IMG/VR virus record: IMGVR_UViG_3300043388_000014
Span: 1-46,065 of that record
DNA: 46,065 nt
DNA from: a virus
Taxonomy: Duplodnaviria > Caudoviricetes
Strand: one strand, 5' to 3'
How positions within the stretch are numbered: position 1 is the first letter of the stretch; every line of letters begins with the position of its first letter. Below the pieces are notes generated by a model. That model ran no database searches and was not told the origin of the DNA. It saw only the letters and a list, made by a program, of their open reading frames with translations. Shown one piece after another: positions 1 through 8,340 of the stretch. The position numbers were made by a program, and so were the translations under genes.

Positions 1-151
1 CGGGGGGCGAACCTCTACGGGGCGGACCTCTACGGGGCGAACCTCCGGGGGGCGGACCTCCGGGGGGCGAAACTCGAAAGGGCGAACCTCTACGGGGCGG
101 ACCTCCAATGGGCGAACCTCCAATGGGCGAAACTCGAAGGGGCGAACGGGT
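1..151. repeat. Terminal overlap, left copy (circular/permuted assembly)
   Basis: 26-151 is identical to 45940-46065. 1-151 aligns to 45915-46065 with mismatches only at positions 1-3 and 25. Confidence 0.9.
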
Positions 152-441
152 TTCGCTTCGCGGATGCCCCGGACCCGGTAACTCTCCGGACTCAGCTCGC
201 CAATCTCATCGAGTCGCGCCCTGAGCTGCATGACCAGTCTCAGTGGGGAGACGGCTCGGCTGACCCGTCGTGCGGCACAGCCTGTTGTGTCGCCGGGTGG
301 GCTTGCCATCTGGGCGGCGGGGCCCGCGGGGGCTCGGTGCCATCGGCAGCAGTTCGGCTGCTTTGGATCGACGGCAAGCCCATGCCGGACTTCGATGCGG
401 ACGCTTCTCGCGAGAGCATCCTGGAGGCCCTTCGAGCATGA
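1..441 (+). CDS. 3' part of pentapeptide-repeat protein A (gene starts at 45753 and crosses the junction)
   Basis: Frame 1 is open from base 1 and reads A(N/D/K)L(Y/R/E/Q)(G/R/W) repeats, then FRFADAPD...HDQSQWG...[16 protein letters not shown]...LEALRA, with TGA at 439-441. Absent from the ORF track because no start codon lies in this part. Confidence 0.85.
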   Translation, partial: RGANLYGADLYGANLRGADLRGAKLERANLYGADLQWANLQWAKLEGANGFRFADAPDPVTLRTQLANLIESRPELHDQSQWGDGSADPSCGTACCVAGWACHLGGGARGGSVPSAAVRLLWIDGKPMPDFDADASRESILEALRA

Positions 442-659
442 CGTTCCGAGAAGAGTGCGCCCGAGCCGCAGGGAGCATGCTCGAGCATCCCAAGGAGGGC
501 GGCTTCTTCCTGGTGACGAAGGCTCCTCACTGCGCCACGGGGGAGCTCACGTTGTACCCCGCAGAGAAAGGCGGGGAGGAGCATGCCTCGCTCGAGCTGC
601 ACGGGCTTTCAAGGGGGCAGACGCTCTTGGTTCTCTACGCGCTGAGGACCGCCGGGTGA
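438..659 (+). CDS. Hypothetical protein ([12 protein letters not shown]...)
   Basis: ATGA overlap with the upstream stop codon; 73 aa. Confidence 0.6.
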   Translation: MTFREECARAAGSMLEHPKEGGFFLVTKAPHCATGELTLYPAEKGGEEHASLELHGLSRGQTLLVLYALRTAG

Positions 660-889
660 GGTGCGATGGCCCGAAGACAGGCCCGCGCAAGTGCCGCAAG
701 CACAGGCCCCATTGCCGCTTCTGTCGGAAGGTCACCCGCTGCCACTGTGACGCATACTGGTACCCTCACCGGGCAGGAGGTGGGCTCTGCGGGAACGACG
801 AGGCTATGAACCTGCTCGTTTACGGGCCTGCTTTTCCTCCTGGAGAGCCCACGAATCCAGAGCTTGCCGGACGCACGAAGACAGAGTGA
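656..889 (+). CDS. Small Cys/His-rich hypothetical protein
   Basis: GTGA overlap with the previous stop; CRKHRPHCRFC...CHCDAYWYPHRAGGGLC. Confidence 0.55.
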   Translation: MRCDGPKTGPRKCRKHRPHCRFCRKVTRCHCDAYWYPHRAGGGLCGNDEAMNLLVYGPAFPPGEPTNPELAGRTKTE

Positions 890-1010
890 GGGAGGCGTCG
901 CGGGTCTTAGCGAGCTCTGCGGCAGCAATCCACCGGGCCTCCTGCTCGGGTGAACAGCGGAAATTAATCCGGTTCGACGTGAGCCACGGGGCGCGGTTGT
1001 TACGAGGCAT
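804..1010 (-). CDS. Ribbon-helix-helix (Arc/CopG-like) transcriptional regulator
   Basis: 68 aa, MPRNNRAPW..RINFRCSPEQEARWIAAAE..SLTLSSCVRQALD, matching the beta-strand/helix/helix pattern. Divergent from erf and preceded by a good promoter. Confidence 0.7.
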   Translation of the reverse strand: MPRNNRAPWLTSNRINFRCSPEQEARWIAAAELAKTRDASLTLSSCVRQALDSWALQEEKQARKRAGS

Positions 1011-1018
1011 GATTGGCG

Positions 1019-1047
1019 ATTCTAGGTCATAAGTGACCACATTACAA
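1019..1047 (-). promoter_or_regulatory. Sigma70-like promoter of the RHH gene with GTGACCAC operator in its spacer
   Basis: Minus strand TTGTAA-17 bp-TAGAAT, 8 nt before the ATG at 1010; operator at 1033-1040. Confidence 0.65.
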
Positions 1048-1059
1048 GGAGACAGCAAG

Positions 1060-2040
1060 ATGAGCGAATTGGTGAACGACGAGGCATCGGACGGCAGTGG
1101 CCGACCGGAGGGTGAGTACGTGGACGAGGCAGCCTTCGGGGGGCCCTCTATGCTTCTTGGCACGCTTCGGATCCACGGCGACCGAGCCGCCCTCTTTGCG
1201 GCCCTGGCGCGAGCTCAGGCGGGCTACCAGGCCATCCCTCGGAGCCGAACGGTCAAGGTCAAGAGCGACAAGGGCGACTACACGTTCGACTACGCGCCCC
1301 TTGAGGAGGTTCTGACGGCTACCCTCCCGAGTCTGAACGAGAATGGCTTGGCCCTCTTGAGCGTCATGGGCGACCCCGAGGGGGAGAACGCGGAGACCGA
1401 GTTGCATACCCTGCTGACCCACGAGAGCGGCGCTTTTATTCACACCGTCGAGCGCTTGCCCCACGTCGGGAAAGCTCAGGAGAGGGGCAGCCAGGTCACC
1501 TACCGTCGAAGGTACCAAACCGGTTGCTTGACCGGGACGTCCCCCGAATTCGACGACGACGGCAACCAGGCCGACGGCAACAAGGTCGAGGGGATGAATC
1601 AGAAGCGCCGGACCCCGCCACCACCACCGGCGAAGACCCATGCGGAGCGCATTGCGGCAACGTCGACAGAGCGTGTCGCTGTCGCTGGCAACGGAGACCC
1701 CATCGTCCCGAAGCCGCGCATTGTGGAGGCGCATCCACACAAGCCCCCCGCTATCGAGCAAGCCACGGCGGGTATGTCCCCCGAGCAGAAGGCGACGTCC
1801 ATGGGGCCGACCGTCTTCACGCCCGAGGCGGTCCCTATCCGCTCCGTGGTGAATGACGAGCCGCTCTCTGAGGACATGGCCATGCGGCTCAAGGGGGAGT
1901 TCGTCCGCTGTGGCTGGGGGCGAGCCAAGGTCGAGGTGAAGCTCGTGGAGATTTGCGGCGAGGGGAAGACCCGCGCGAACCTGACGGCAGAGGACGGGGA
2001 GAAGCTCATAGCCGCGATGGCCAAGGAAGCGAGCAAGTAG
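1060..2040 (+). CDS. erf: ERF-family single-strand annealing recombinase
   Basis: ALFAALARAQ...YTFDYAPLEEVL...LHTLLTHESG...GSQVTYRRRY...DDDGN motifs; AAGGAG RBS upstream. Confidence 0.85.
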   Translation: MSELVNDEASDGSGRPEGEYVDEAAFGGPSMLLGTLRIHGDRAALFAALARAQAGYQAIPRSRTVKVKSDKGDYTFDYAPLEEVLTATLPSLNENGLALLSVMGDPEGENAETELHTLLTHESGAFIHTVERLPHVGKAQERGSQVTYRRRYQTGCLTGTSPEFDDDGNQADGNKVEGMNQKRRTPPPPPAKTHAERIAATSTERVAVAGNGDPIVPKPRIVEAHPHKPPAIEQATAGMSPEQKATSMGPTVFTPEAVPIRSVVNDEPLSEDMAMRLKGEFVRCGWGRAKVEVKLVEICGEGKTRANLTAEDGEKLIAAMAKEASK

Positions 2041-2042
2041 CC

Positions 2043-2834
2043 GTGAGGGAATCATCGTGGCCGCTGGCGCAGCGCAACCGCCTGCTGCGTTTCCTGGCCC
2101 AGCAAGAAGAGGACCCGAGTGCAACCTGGGTCGGCTACTGGAATAGCGACGCCTGGGGGCGCAGCGCGAACGGGGGCACAGCTACCGAGTCAGCGGCGCC
2201 GTTCGTCGAGCATGAGGTGCCGGGACCGCTCGTCCCGTGCTCTGCGAATGCTCTGCACGCCACCCGAAGCCCGCATCGGTGGAAGGGCGTCCGGGTTTGG
2301 GTTGTCGCTCTGCTTGGCGAACGCAGAGACGAGGGAGATAAATCTGCGGCGCTCAAGCGGGTGGTCATCGGGGAAGTCCTGCCGGAGGACGTTTTGGATC
2401 CGGCGCTGGCGGTCCGGATGGGGATCCGAGGGGCGAACCTTGAAGGGGCGAACCTTGCAGGGGCGTACCTCCGGGGGGCGAACCTTGAAGGGGCGAACCT
2501 TGCAGGGGCGAACCTTGAAGGGGCGAACCTCCAGGGGGCGAACCTTGCAGGGGCGAACCTTGAAGGGGCGAACCTCTACGGGGCGAACCTCGAAGGGGCG
2601 GACCTCTACGGGGCGGACCTCGAAAGGGCGAACCTCTACGGGGCGTACCTCCGGGGGGCGGACCTCCAATGGGCGAACCTCCAAGGGGCGGACCTCCAAT
2701 GGGCGAACCTCCAAGGGGCGGACCTCCAGGGGGCGAAACTCGAAAGGGCGCGCCTCGAAAGGGCGGACCGCCCGGCGTGGCTTCCGGAGCAATGGGTCAT
2801 CGTCAACGGGTGTCTGGCGCGGAGGGAATCCTGA
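2043..2834 (+). CDS. Pentapeptide-repeat protein B with N-terminal globular domain
   Basis: 22 A(N/D/Y/K/R)Lxx pentapeptides; GTG start just after the erf stop. Confidence 0.85.
   Translation: MRESSWPLAQRNRLLRFLAQQEEDPSATWVGYWNSDAWGRSANGGTATESAAPFVEHEVPGPLVPCSANALHATRSPHRWKGVRVWVVALLGERRDEGDKSAALKRVVIGEVLPEDVLDPALAVRMGIRGANLEGANLAGAYLRGANLEGANLAGANLEGANLQGANLAGANLEGANLYGANLEGADLYGADLERANLYGAYLRGADLQWANLQGADLQWANLQGADLQGAKLERARLERADRPAWLPEQWVIVNGCLARRES
2433..2762 (+). repeat. 22 x 15-bp tandem repeat (GCGAACCTCNNNGGG-type)
   Basis: Directly visible; same unit vocabulary as the terminal repeat array. Confidence 0.95.
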
Positions 2835-3835
2835 TGGGCAATCGAATGTCGTCACTCCCCGTGGCGCAATTCTGCGGGAGGGCGCCGGGGCTGGACCTCG
2901 GCGCCGGCCGCGCGGCGGCCATCTCAACGGCCTGGCATGCTCGCCTTGCTGGTGCCCCGGGCAATGCCGCGTTACTCGCTCGACTCACTCCGGAGGAAGC
3001 CGAGGACTGCCTTTCGTGGCCCAAGCCGGATGACGTCTGCCTCTCGCTGAATCTACCGACCCGGGAAGTCACACACGTCCTCGGTTACGACGCCGCCGAG
3101 AAGGAGCTCGAGGTCTGCCTGAACAAGTACGGGGAGCACTGCAAGCCCGATGACCCCGATTGCATCTCCGTGGGCCACCTGGACATGGCTTGGGTGGTCG
3201 AGGCTCCCGACGGGATGCGAATCGCCTACGTGGGCGACCTGAAGAAGCGAGAAGGGACGAGCCATCCGGGGAGTCTCCAGCTCATTGCCTACGGGTTCGC
3301 GTACGCCTCTCTCCGCGGGTGTGACGCCTTCTGCTGCGGCATCTGGGCCGGCGAGGAGGGGACGTGGAGCTGGGGGGCGATGGTCGACCTGGAGAGCGAC
3401 GAGGCTACGCGGCTTTGGGCGCGCGTCAGTGCAGCGGCACAGAACGTCGGGGGCGAGTTCGCCATGGGACCCCACTGTCGGGACTGCTTCTCTCGCTTTC
3501 GTTGTCCGGCGTACGTCCTTCCCCCTGAGGCTGCCGTGGGCGCTTTGGCCATCTGTGACGGGCAGACGGACATCACCCCGGACAAGGTGGCTGAACTGGT
3601 CCTGGCCGTCGCTCGAGTGGAGGACATGGCGAAGGCGGCCAAAGAGTTCTGCAAGGACTGGGAGGCCAAGCACCCGGGCTCCGTGGTGAGCCAAGGGAAG
3701 ACGTGGAAGGCAGTGCAGATGCCGGGGCGGAAGTCGCTCGACATGAAAGGGCTCTTCGCTGCCATCCCTGAGGCGAAGAAGTTCGAAAAGCAGGGAGAAG
3801 GGTACGTCCAGATGAAGTGGGTCGTTTCGAAATGA
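2834..3835 (+). CDS. PD-(D/E)XK exonuclease, Cas4/RecB-like with Cys cluster
   Basis: N-terminal Cys, GHLDMAW...VGDLKK...LQLIAYG, C-terminal HCRDCFSRFRCP; adjacent to erf. Confidence 0.75.
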   Translation: MGNRMSSLPVAQFCGRAPGLDLGAGRAAAISTAWHARLAGAPGNAALLARLTPEEAEDCLSWPKPDDVCLSLNLPTREVTHVLGYDAAEKELEVCLNKYGEHCKPDDPDCISVGHLDMAWVVEAPDGMRIAYVGDLKKREGTSHPGSLQLIAYGFAYASLRGCDAFCCGIWAGEEGTWSWGAMVDLESDEATRLWARVSAAAQNVGGEFAMGPHCRDCFSRFRCPAYVLPPEAAVGALAICDGQTDITPDKVAELVLAVARVEDMAKAAKEFCKDWEAKHPGSVVSQGKTWKAVQMPGRKSLDMKGLFAAIPEAKKFEKQGEGYVQMKWVVSK

Positions 3836-4863
3836 ACGTCGTTGGCCTGAAAGAGGTCCCATTCTCCTCGCTCCGGCTGCCCGGGGACTTCAAGAAGCGC
3901 AGCGAGCAGCCCCACGTCCAGGAGAGGGCCGCCAGCATCGCCTCGGTCGGTCTGATCCACGAGCCCCTCGTTCGCCGGGTAGGGAAGCACTGGGAACCCA
4001 TCGCCGGCATCGACCGAATCGCCGCTCACCATGTAGCGGGGAAGGAAAGTATTCGCGTGAAGGTAGTCGAGTGCACTGACGAGGAGGCGCGGCGCATCCG
4101 GCTCGAGGAGAACATCCAGCGCCGGCACGACGCCGGCGAGCAATCGCGTCTGGCCTTGGAACTCCTCCAGAAGTTCGTCGCCGAGGAGACCACCTTGGAG
4201 GAGAGCCTCCCGGAGAAGCCCAAGGAAGGAGCCAAGACGCGGGCAAGGAAACGAGTGGCGGCTGAGCTCGGCATCTCCCCCGAGACGGTGCGCAAAAAGG
4301 AATGGGAGGCCAGCCAGGAGGCTGCCCCGAAAGCCCCGTCGATACGCTCCCTGGGGATGACCCTCTCCGTGGAGTTCAGCGCCCAGGTAGCCAAGGCGCA
4401 GCAGTATCTCGAGGCGACCGAGGCGCTTCTGAAGCGAGCTCAGTCGAATGTGACGACCATGGCGAACGACTTGAGCGTCGTGTTCCCCAAGCCTCGCCTC
4501 GAGCGGCTCAGGGAGGAGATTCACTCCCAGGCCGCCCACGTCAGAGGCCTCATGCCGGTGAGCCTGTGCCCCTGGTGCAAGGGGTTGGATGCGGTGCAAG
4601 AGCACTGCTCGGCATGCTTCGGTACGGGCTTCATCACCAAGAGCCAGGAGAAGGGGGTGCCTAAGGAGCTCCTGGACGAGGAGAGCCCGGTGGTCATGCA
4701 AGACGGGAAGATGCGACCCATCGAGCAAGCTGTCGCGCTGGATGCCATCGAGGCAGAGTTTGGACATGACGCTGCGCCGACCTACGCCGAGGCGGCCGAT
4801 TTGGACCTGCCGCGGTCAGACGACCCGATAGCCGGCGACGAGCCCTTGGGAGACGACTGGTGA
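3832..4863 (+). CDS. ParB-N domain protein with HTH and C-terminal CxxCxG Zn finger
   Basis: ASIASVGLIHEPLVRR...IAGIDRIAA...EENIQRR; RVAAELGISPETVRK HTH; CPWCKG...CSACFGTG. Confidence 0.75.
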   Translation: MNVVGLKEVPFSSLRLPGDFKKRSEQPHVQERAASIASVGLIHEPLVRRVGKHWEPIAGIDRIAAHHVAGKESIRVKVVECTDEEARRIRLEENIQRRHDAGEQSRLALELLQKFVAEETTLEESLPEKPKEGAKTRARKRVAAELGISPETVRKKEWEASQEAAPKAPSIRSLGMTLSVEFSAQVAKAQQYLEATEALLKRAQSNVTTMANDLSVVFPKPRLERLREEIHSQAAHVRGLMPVSLCPWCKGLDAVQEHCSACFGTGFITKSQEKGVPKELLDEESPVVMQDGKMRPIEQAVALDAIEAEFGHDAAPTYAEAADLDLPRSDDPIAGDEPLGDDW

Positions 4864-5162
4864 ACTGCCCATGTGGCGGCCGCATTGTGACGAGCCTCAC
4901 TGCACGGGATGGGGAGCGCGCGAGTTGCCTCGTCTGCCACAACTGCATCTCGATCTCGTGGCTGATCAATCTGCTCGATATCCACCGAGAAGCCCTCGCG
5001 AGAGCTGAGCGGAAGATTGACAGGCTCTACACCCGGGGAGCTGATCAAGCAGCAGCTCTCCGGGATGAGCGTGCGGCTTATCTCGTCTTGGCGGAGCTAT
5101 CGCTGGCGGTGGTCGAGGACCAGGACAAGACCATCGCCGAGCTCCGCGGAGAAGCCCTCTGA
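4860..5162 (+). CDS. Hypothetical protein with Zn ribbon and coiled coil
   Basis: CPCGG...CLVCHNC; stop/start overlaps on both sides. Confidence 0.6.
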   Translation: MNCPCGGRIVTSLTARDGERASCLVCHNCISISWLINLLDIHREALARAERKIDRLYTRGADQAAALRDERAAYLVLAELSLAVVEDQDKTIAELRGEAL

Positions 5163-7747
5163 TGCCCGCCCTCTGGGACGATCTTCCCGACGACGAGCCC
5201 TCCTTCCGGCTCGAGCCCCCCGGGGAGATTCTCCCCGTCCGCTTAGCCCCCGGGGTGAAGGCCAGAGACTACGGGCTCCGGTGGTACCAGGGCAACGGGA
5301 AGAGCGCTGTGGAGGCCTCGCTCGAGGTGAACCGGTCCTGTGTCGTGGTCATGGCGACAGGTCTGGGCAAGACCCGGCTGGGAGGCGCCATCGCGGGGGA
5401 CTGGCCGGGGAACGTTCTCTGGCTCGCTCACAGGGACGAGCTCATCCAGCAGGCGAGGGCCGACCTGGAACGCATCACCGGCGAGATGGTTGAGATAGAG
5501 CAGGGGCAGACGCGGGCGTCGAGTCGGGCGCGCATCGTAGTGGGCTCTGTGGACACGGTGAAGCGTCAGAACCGTCTCGACCGGTACGGCTCCGATCGCT
5601 TCCAGCTCGTCATAGCTGACGAATGCTTCCCCGCCGGAACGATGGTGGACGGGCGCCCCATCGAACGGATTCTGCCGGGTGAGAAGGTGTGGAGCTTCGA
5701 CCACGGCACCGGCATGATGAGTCGGCGCCGTGTGGTACGGCTGTTCAAAAAGGCCATTCCTTCCATGTGGCGGCTCTGGTATGGTGCGTCCCATGTGGAC
5801 TGCACCGAGAACCACCCGGTATTCGTGAAGGGGAAGGGCTATGTCGAAGCAAAAAGTCTGGTGCCGGGCGACCTGCTCTGCGTGCGGCATCCCGTTCACG
5901 TACGAGGGCGTGATGGCGGCTCCGGTGCGGAAGACCTGCTCCAAGGAGTGTCGGTACTCGATCTGCTCGGCAGCTATGGCGCGCACGAACCGGATCCACG
6001 CCTCGGCGCGAATGAAAACGAACAACCCGATGCACCGCGGGGACAGCAGGGAACGGATGGCGGCGACACTCTTACGTATCGGGCACAAGCCCAGGGTTCG
6101 CGGGGGGAACGGGAAAGGGCTTACCCGGGCGCAAGAGCTTCTCTTGAAGGAGCTCGGGGACGGGTGGACGGCGGAGCTGGCTATCCGGACATGTCAGCCC
6201 AGGGGCAGCGGATATCCTTCAGCCTACAAGGCGGATTTGGCTCACAGTGGAACGATGGTCGTGGTGGAAGTGGACGGCGCCAGCCATGCCACGATCGCCC
6301 GGAGGGCCCAGGACAGGAAGAAAGAGGACTTCTTGCGTGGGTTGGGGTGGATCGTGTTGAGAGTCTCGAACCGTCAAGCTCTCACGGAGACTTCGTCTAC
6401 AATCTCGAGGTTGAGGGAAGCCATACGTACTTCGCGAACGACGTCCTAGTCCACAACTGCCATCACTACACGGCGGCAACGTACCGTCGCCCGCTGGACT
6501 TCTTCGCAGGAGCCAAGCTCATCGGGCTCACCGCAACCCCTGACCGAGGCGACGAGAAGGCCCTGGGGCAAATCTTCGATGACGTGGCCTTCGTCTTCGA
6601 CATCCAGAACGGCATCGAGCAGGGCTACCTGGTCCCCCTTCGAGCTCACACGGTCGAGGTGAAGAGCCTGGACATCTCCGGGGTGGCGACCCAGGCGGGG
6701 GACTTGGTAGCTGCGCAGCTCGACGAGGTGATGCTCAAGGCATGCGCCGGCATCGTCTCGGAGACGCTGAAGTACGAGCCGAACCGGCAGGGCATCGTGT
6801 TCATGCCCGGGGTGAAATCGGCCGAGTTGGCGGCGCAACTCTTCAACCGTTCGAAGCCGGGCTCCGCTTCCTTCGTCAGCGGGATGACCGACCCGGACGA
6901 GCGGCGGGACATCGTGAAGGCCTTCCGCGAAGGGCGGACGCAGTACCTCTGCAACTGCCAGATCGCGAGCGAGGGCTTCGACGCTCCGGGATGCTCAATG
7001 ATCGTCCAGGGTAGACCCACCAAGAGCCGCGCTCTTGCCGCTCAGATGGTCGGTAGGGGCACCCGTGTCCTCCCGGGCATCGTAGAGCATCTCGACGGGG
7101 AACACCGCGCAGCGGAGCGCCAAGCCGCCATCGCGGCATCGGCCAAGCCCGATATGGTTGTGCTGGACTTCGTGGGCAACTGCGGCCGGCATACTCTGGT
7201 GACCCCGGCGGACATCCTCGGGGGGAACTACTCGGAGGCAGAGGTCACCCTCGCCAAGAAGAAGACGAAGGGCGGAGGCGACGTCTTGAAGGCTCTCGAG
7301 GAGGCGCGGGCTCAGCTCCGGCGCATCGCCGAGAAGGCCGCCATCAAGGCGTCCAGCGTGCGGACCGAGGTAGACCCATTCGGGGTCTTCCACATCAAGC
7401 GCGACGAGGGGGATGTCCGCTTCGGCCGGCAGCCGATGACTCAGGGTCAGTACGAATACCTCGATCGAATGGGTGTGAAGCCCGACCAGCTGAACCAGAT
7501 GAGCAAGGCAGAGGCGTCGAGGCTCATCTCAACGGCGAAGGTCCGGAGAGACCACGGGCTCTGTACCTTCAAGCAAATGAGACTCCTTCAGCAAAATGGC
7601 GTGACCGATATCCAAGTGGGGTTCGAGAAGGCCACGGAAGCACTCGACTACATTTTCAAGACGCGACGCGAGGGGGGCAAGCCGGACCCCGCGCAGCTCG
7701 ACGCAATTATCCACCGGCAGAGAGAACCAGGAGAAGACCATGTCTGA
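5162..7747 (+). CDS. SF2 DExH-box helicase containing an intein (about 583 aa after splicing)
   Basis: MATGLGKT, LAHRDELIQQ, IADE|CHH, GLTATPDRGD, SEGFDAP and QMVGRGTR motifs. Confidence 0.9.
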   Translation: MPALWDDLPDDEPSFRLEPPGEILPVRLAPGVKARDYGLRWYQGNGKSAVEASLEVNRSCVVVMATGLGKTRLGGAIAGDWPGNVLWLAHRDELIQQARADLERITGEMVEIEQGQTRASSRARIVVGSVDTVKRQNRLDRYGSDRFQLVIADECFPAGTMVDGRPIERILPGEKVWSFDHGTGMMSRRRVVRLFKKAIPSMWRLWYGASHVDCTENHPVFVKGKGYVEAKSLVPGDLLCVRHPVHVRGRDGGSGAEDLLQGVSVLDLLGSYGAHEPDPRLGANENEQPDAPRGQQGTDGGDTLTYRAQAQGSRGERERAYPGARASLEGARGRVDGGAGYPDMSAQGQRISFSLQGGFGSQWNDGRGGSGRRQPCHDRPEGPGQEERGLLAWVGVDRVESLEPSSSHGDFVYNLEVEGSHTYFANDVLVHNCHHYTAATYRRPLDFFAGAKLIGLTATPDRGDEKALGQIFDDVAFVFDIQNGIEQGYLVPLRAHTVEVKSLDISGVATQAGDLVAAQLDEVMLKACAGIVSETLKYEPNRQGIVFMPGVKSAELAAQLFNRSKPGSASFVSGMTDPDERRDIVKAFREGRTQYLCNCQIASEGFDAPGCSMIVQGRPTKSRALAAQMVGRGTRVLPGIVEHLDGEHRAAERQAAIAASAKPDMVVLDFVGNCGRHTLVTPADILGGNYSEAEVTLAKKKTKGGGDVLKALEEARAQLRRIAEKAAIKASSVRTEVDPFGVFHIKRDEGDVRFGRQPMTQGQYEYLDRMGVKPDQLNQMSKAEASRLISTAKVRRDHGLCTFKQMRLLQQNGVTDIQVGFEKATEALDYIFKTRREGGKPDPAQLDAIIHRQREPGEDHV
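5624..6457 (+). mobile_element. Intein (278 aa) inserted in helicase motif II (DE^CHH)
   Basis: Starts CFPAGTMV, block B CTENHPVFV, ends VYNLEVEGSHTYFANDVLVHN followed by Cys+1. Removing it restores DECHH. Confidence 0.95.
5841..6449 (+). CDS. Nested +1-frame endonuclease (Zn ribbon plus Vsr/DUF559-like domain), putative homing endonuclease of the intein
   Basis: 202 aa: CSAC...CSKEC, NNPM..SRERMAATL, YKADLA..VVVEVDGASH..QDRKKEDFLRGLGWIVLRVSN. Purine-rich RBS (AAGGGGAAGGG) before the ATG; G/C-ending codons in this frame. Confidence 0.85.
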   Translation: MSKQKVWCRATCSACGIPFTYEGVMAAPVRKTCSKECRYSICSAAMARTNRIHASARMKTNNPMHRGDSRERMAATLLRIGHKPRVRGGNGKGLTRAQELLLKELGDGWTAELAIRTCQPRGSGYPSAYKADLAHSGTMVVVEVDGASHATIARRAQDRKKEDFLRGLGWIVLRVSNRQALTETSSTISRLREAIRTSRTTS

Positions 7748-7955
7748 CCAATCCCTCCCCCGATTCACCGACAGCGAAGGAAACGACAAGGAGACCATCA
7801 TGCAAAGCGAAGTAGAAAAGCTACGAGCGCTCGTCATCCGGATGCGCAAGTTCGTCCACAACGATGCCGGAGTCGTCATCTCGGATACTGAAGAGTTCGA
7901 GGCAATCGACGAAGAGATCGCGAGCCTCGGTATCGACTGCGGGCTGGAGGATTGA
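7740..7955 (+). CDS. Hypothetical protein
   Basis: AGGAG RBS; overlaps the helicase stop. Confidence 0.55.
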   Translation: MSDQSLPRFTDSEGNDKETIMQSEVEKLRALVIRMRKFVHNDAGVVISDTEEFEAIDEEIASLGIDCGLED

Positions 7956-7959
7956 CGCA

Positions 7960-8340
7960 ATGACCGACACCGCCAAGCAGAAGCCGCTAATGACAATCGG
8001 CCGAGCCATAGACCGACTTGCCAAACTCCGCACCGCCCGCCATGTCGACAGCGACACCGCCGTCCGCAAGGTCCACGAGCGTTACAACACGAAGGAAGCG
8101 GCGCTACTAGCCGAAGTGGAACCGGAAATGAGAGACCGCGTGCTGCATCTGCTCGACGTGGAGACGCCGTCGGTCGTCGCCTTCGCGAAGCGCATGAATG
8201 AGCACGTCGTGACCCACAGCGAAGTCGTCGACCACTCCGACGACACGCCTTCGCGACCCGAGCTACCCGAATACGGTGCGCGCGGCGTCATGGAACCGTT
8301 GCCCCCTGAGCGCGCCGCAATCGCGAAGGGGCGACGATGA
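7960..8340 (+). CDS. Hypothetical protein
   Basis: GGAGG RBS, ATG at 7960; stop overlaps the next start. Confidence 0.65.
   Translation: MTDTAKQKPLMTIGRAIDRLAKLRTARHVDSDTAVRKVHERYNTKEAALLAEVEPEMRDRVLHLLDVETPSVVAFAKRMNEHVVTHSEVVDHSDDTPSRPELPEYGARGVMEPLPPERAAIAKGRR

Noticed and set aside
1-151. Terminal match as a biological direct terminal repeat
   Set aside because: It falls inside a coding tandem repeat and is about one read or k-mer long, so it is more likely assembly overlap of a circular contig.
2433-2762. 15-bp repeats as a CRISPR array or DGR template/variable repeat
   Set aside because: No unique spacers and no reverse transcriptase seen. The repeats are in-frame pentapeptide codons and the variation is not adenine-specific.
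2119-3033. Alternative-frame repeat ORFs (GRTSK.., VRPLE..), also 45558-46037
   Set aside because: By-products of the stop-free 15-bp repeat.
2834-3835. Cas4-like gene as evidence of a CRISPR-Cas system
   Set aside because: No other cas genes or array; the erf-linked context indicates a recombination exonuclease.
5841-6449. Nested nuclease as a simple sequencing frameshift of an in-frame intein endonuclease
   Set aside because: It would need two compensating errors. The helicase frame is uninterrupted, and the +1 ORF has its own start, RBS and stop overlapping intact splicing blocks. Reads should still be checked.
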